A DNA stretch of 64,000 bases from an uncultured Acidobacteriota bacterium (GTDB lineage Bacteria; Acidobacteriota; Blastocatellia; RBC074). Both the position numbers and the translations under genes were made by a program. Below, in pieces: positions 63,981 to 64,000 of the stretch. The stretch's first letter is position 1. Every line of letters begins with the position of its first letter. The notes beneath the pieces were generated by a model. That model was given only the letters and a program-made list of their open reading frames with translations, was not told the origin of the DNA and searched no databases. The DNA lies in assembly GCA_963743045.1 (NCBI GenBank), contig CAVUOF010000002.1, positions 108,993-172,992 of the forward strand. Reading direction: 5' to 3'.

Positions 63981-64000
63981 TGGAGTGCGGCGACCTGTCG
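63981..64000. repeat. partial family-B REP/MITE end at the window edge
   Basis: TGGAGTGCGGCGACCTGTCG matches the family-B TIR with one mismatch. It is truncated by the end of the window. Confidence 0.55.

Noticed and set aside
1-64000. Programmed ribosomal frameshifting, or alternative decoding, as the explanation for the many split genes.
   Set aside because: The breaks occur in both +1 and -1 directions. The junctions I inspected share no slippery heptamer or downstream structure. They are distributed like random events across unrelated gene families, so indel error is the simpler explanation.

Overview
This is a GC-rich bacterial chromosomal window. Gene content (tandem USPs, BON proteins, multihaem cytochromes, palindromic REP families) suggests an Acidobacteriota-like organism, but that assignment is inference only. 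I found no rRNA, tRNA, CRISPR array, transposase or phage genes.

Main content, left to right:
- A Rieske/cytochrome b complex operon with a membrane-anchored 9-haem cytochrome.
- A stress island of Hsp20, BON-domain proteins, tandem universal stress proteins and an APH/AAA protein.
- An MtoAB/PioAB-style porin-cytochrome cluster: decahaem cytochrome, roughly 700-aa beta-barrel, monohaem cytochrome c and a NapC/CymA-like protein.
- A sigma-54 activator, sensor kinases and a GGDEF protein.
- Hemerythrin, citrate synthase and a GCS2-CBS ligase, next to an ATP-grasp ligase.
- A CBS protein and formate dehydrogenase operon, and an NDH-2/SQR-like flavoprotein.
- Two head-to-head P-type ATPases, an acetyl-CoA-synthetase/GNAT fusion, and GH2 and GH27 glycosidases.
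- At the right end, an operon of two IPT-plus-collagen-repeat secreted proteins followed by two large GT-C-like membrane proteins.

The most striking signal is a set of at least 11 well-spaced sigma-54 (-24 GG / -12 GC) promoter matches. Each sits 45-130 nt upstream of a stress or redox gene, which together suggests a sigma-54-wired dormancy-like regulon.

Major caveat: roughly 40-45 single-nucleotide frame breaks split otherwise well-conserved genes. This looks like assembly indel noise rather than decay, so the CDS coordinates here are merged reconstructions.

Several true gene remnants, a ~740-bp segmental duplication and four families of palindromic REP/MITE-like elements are also present.
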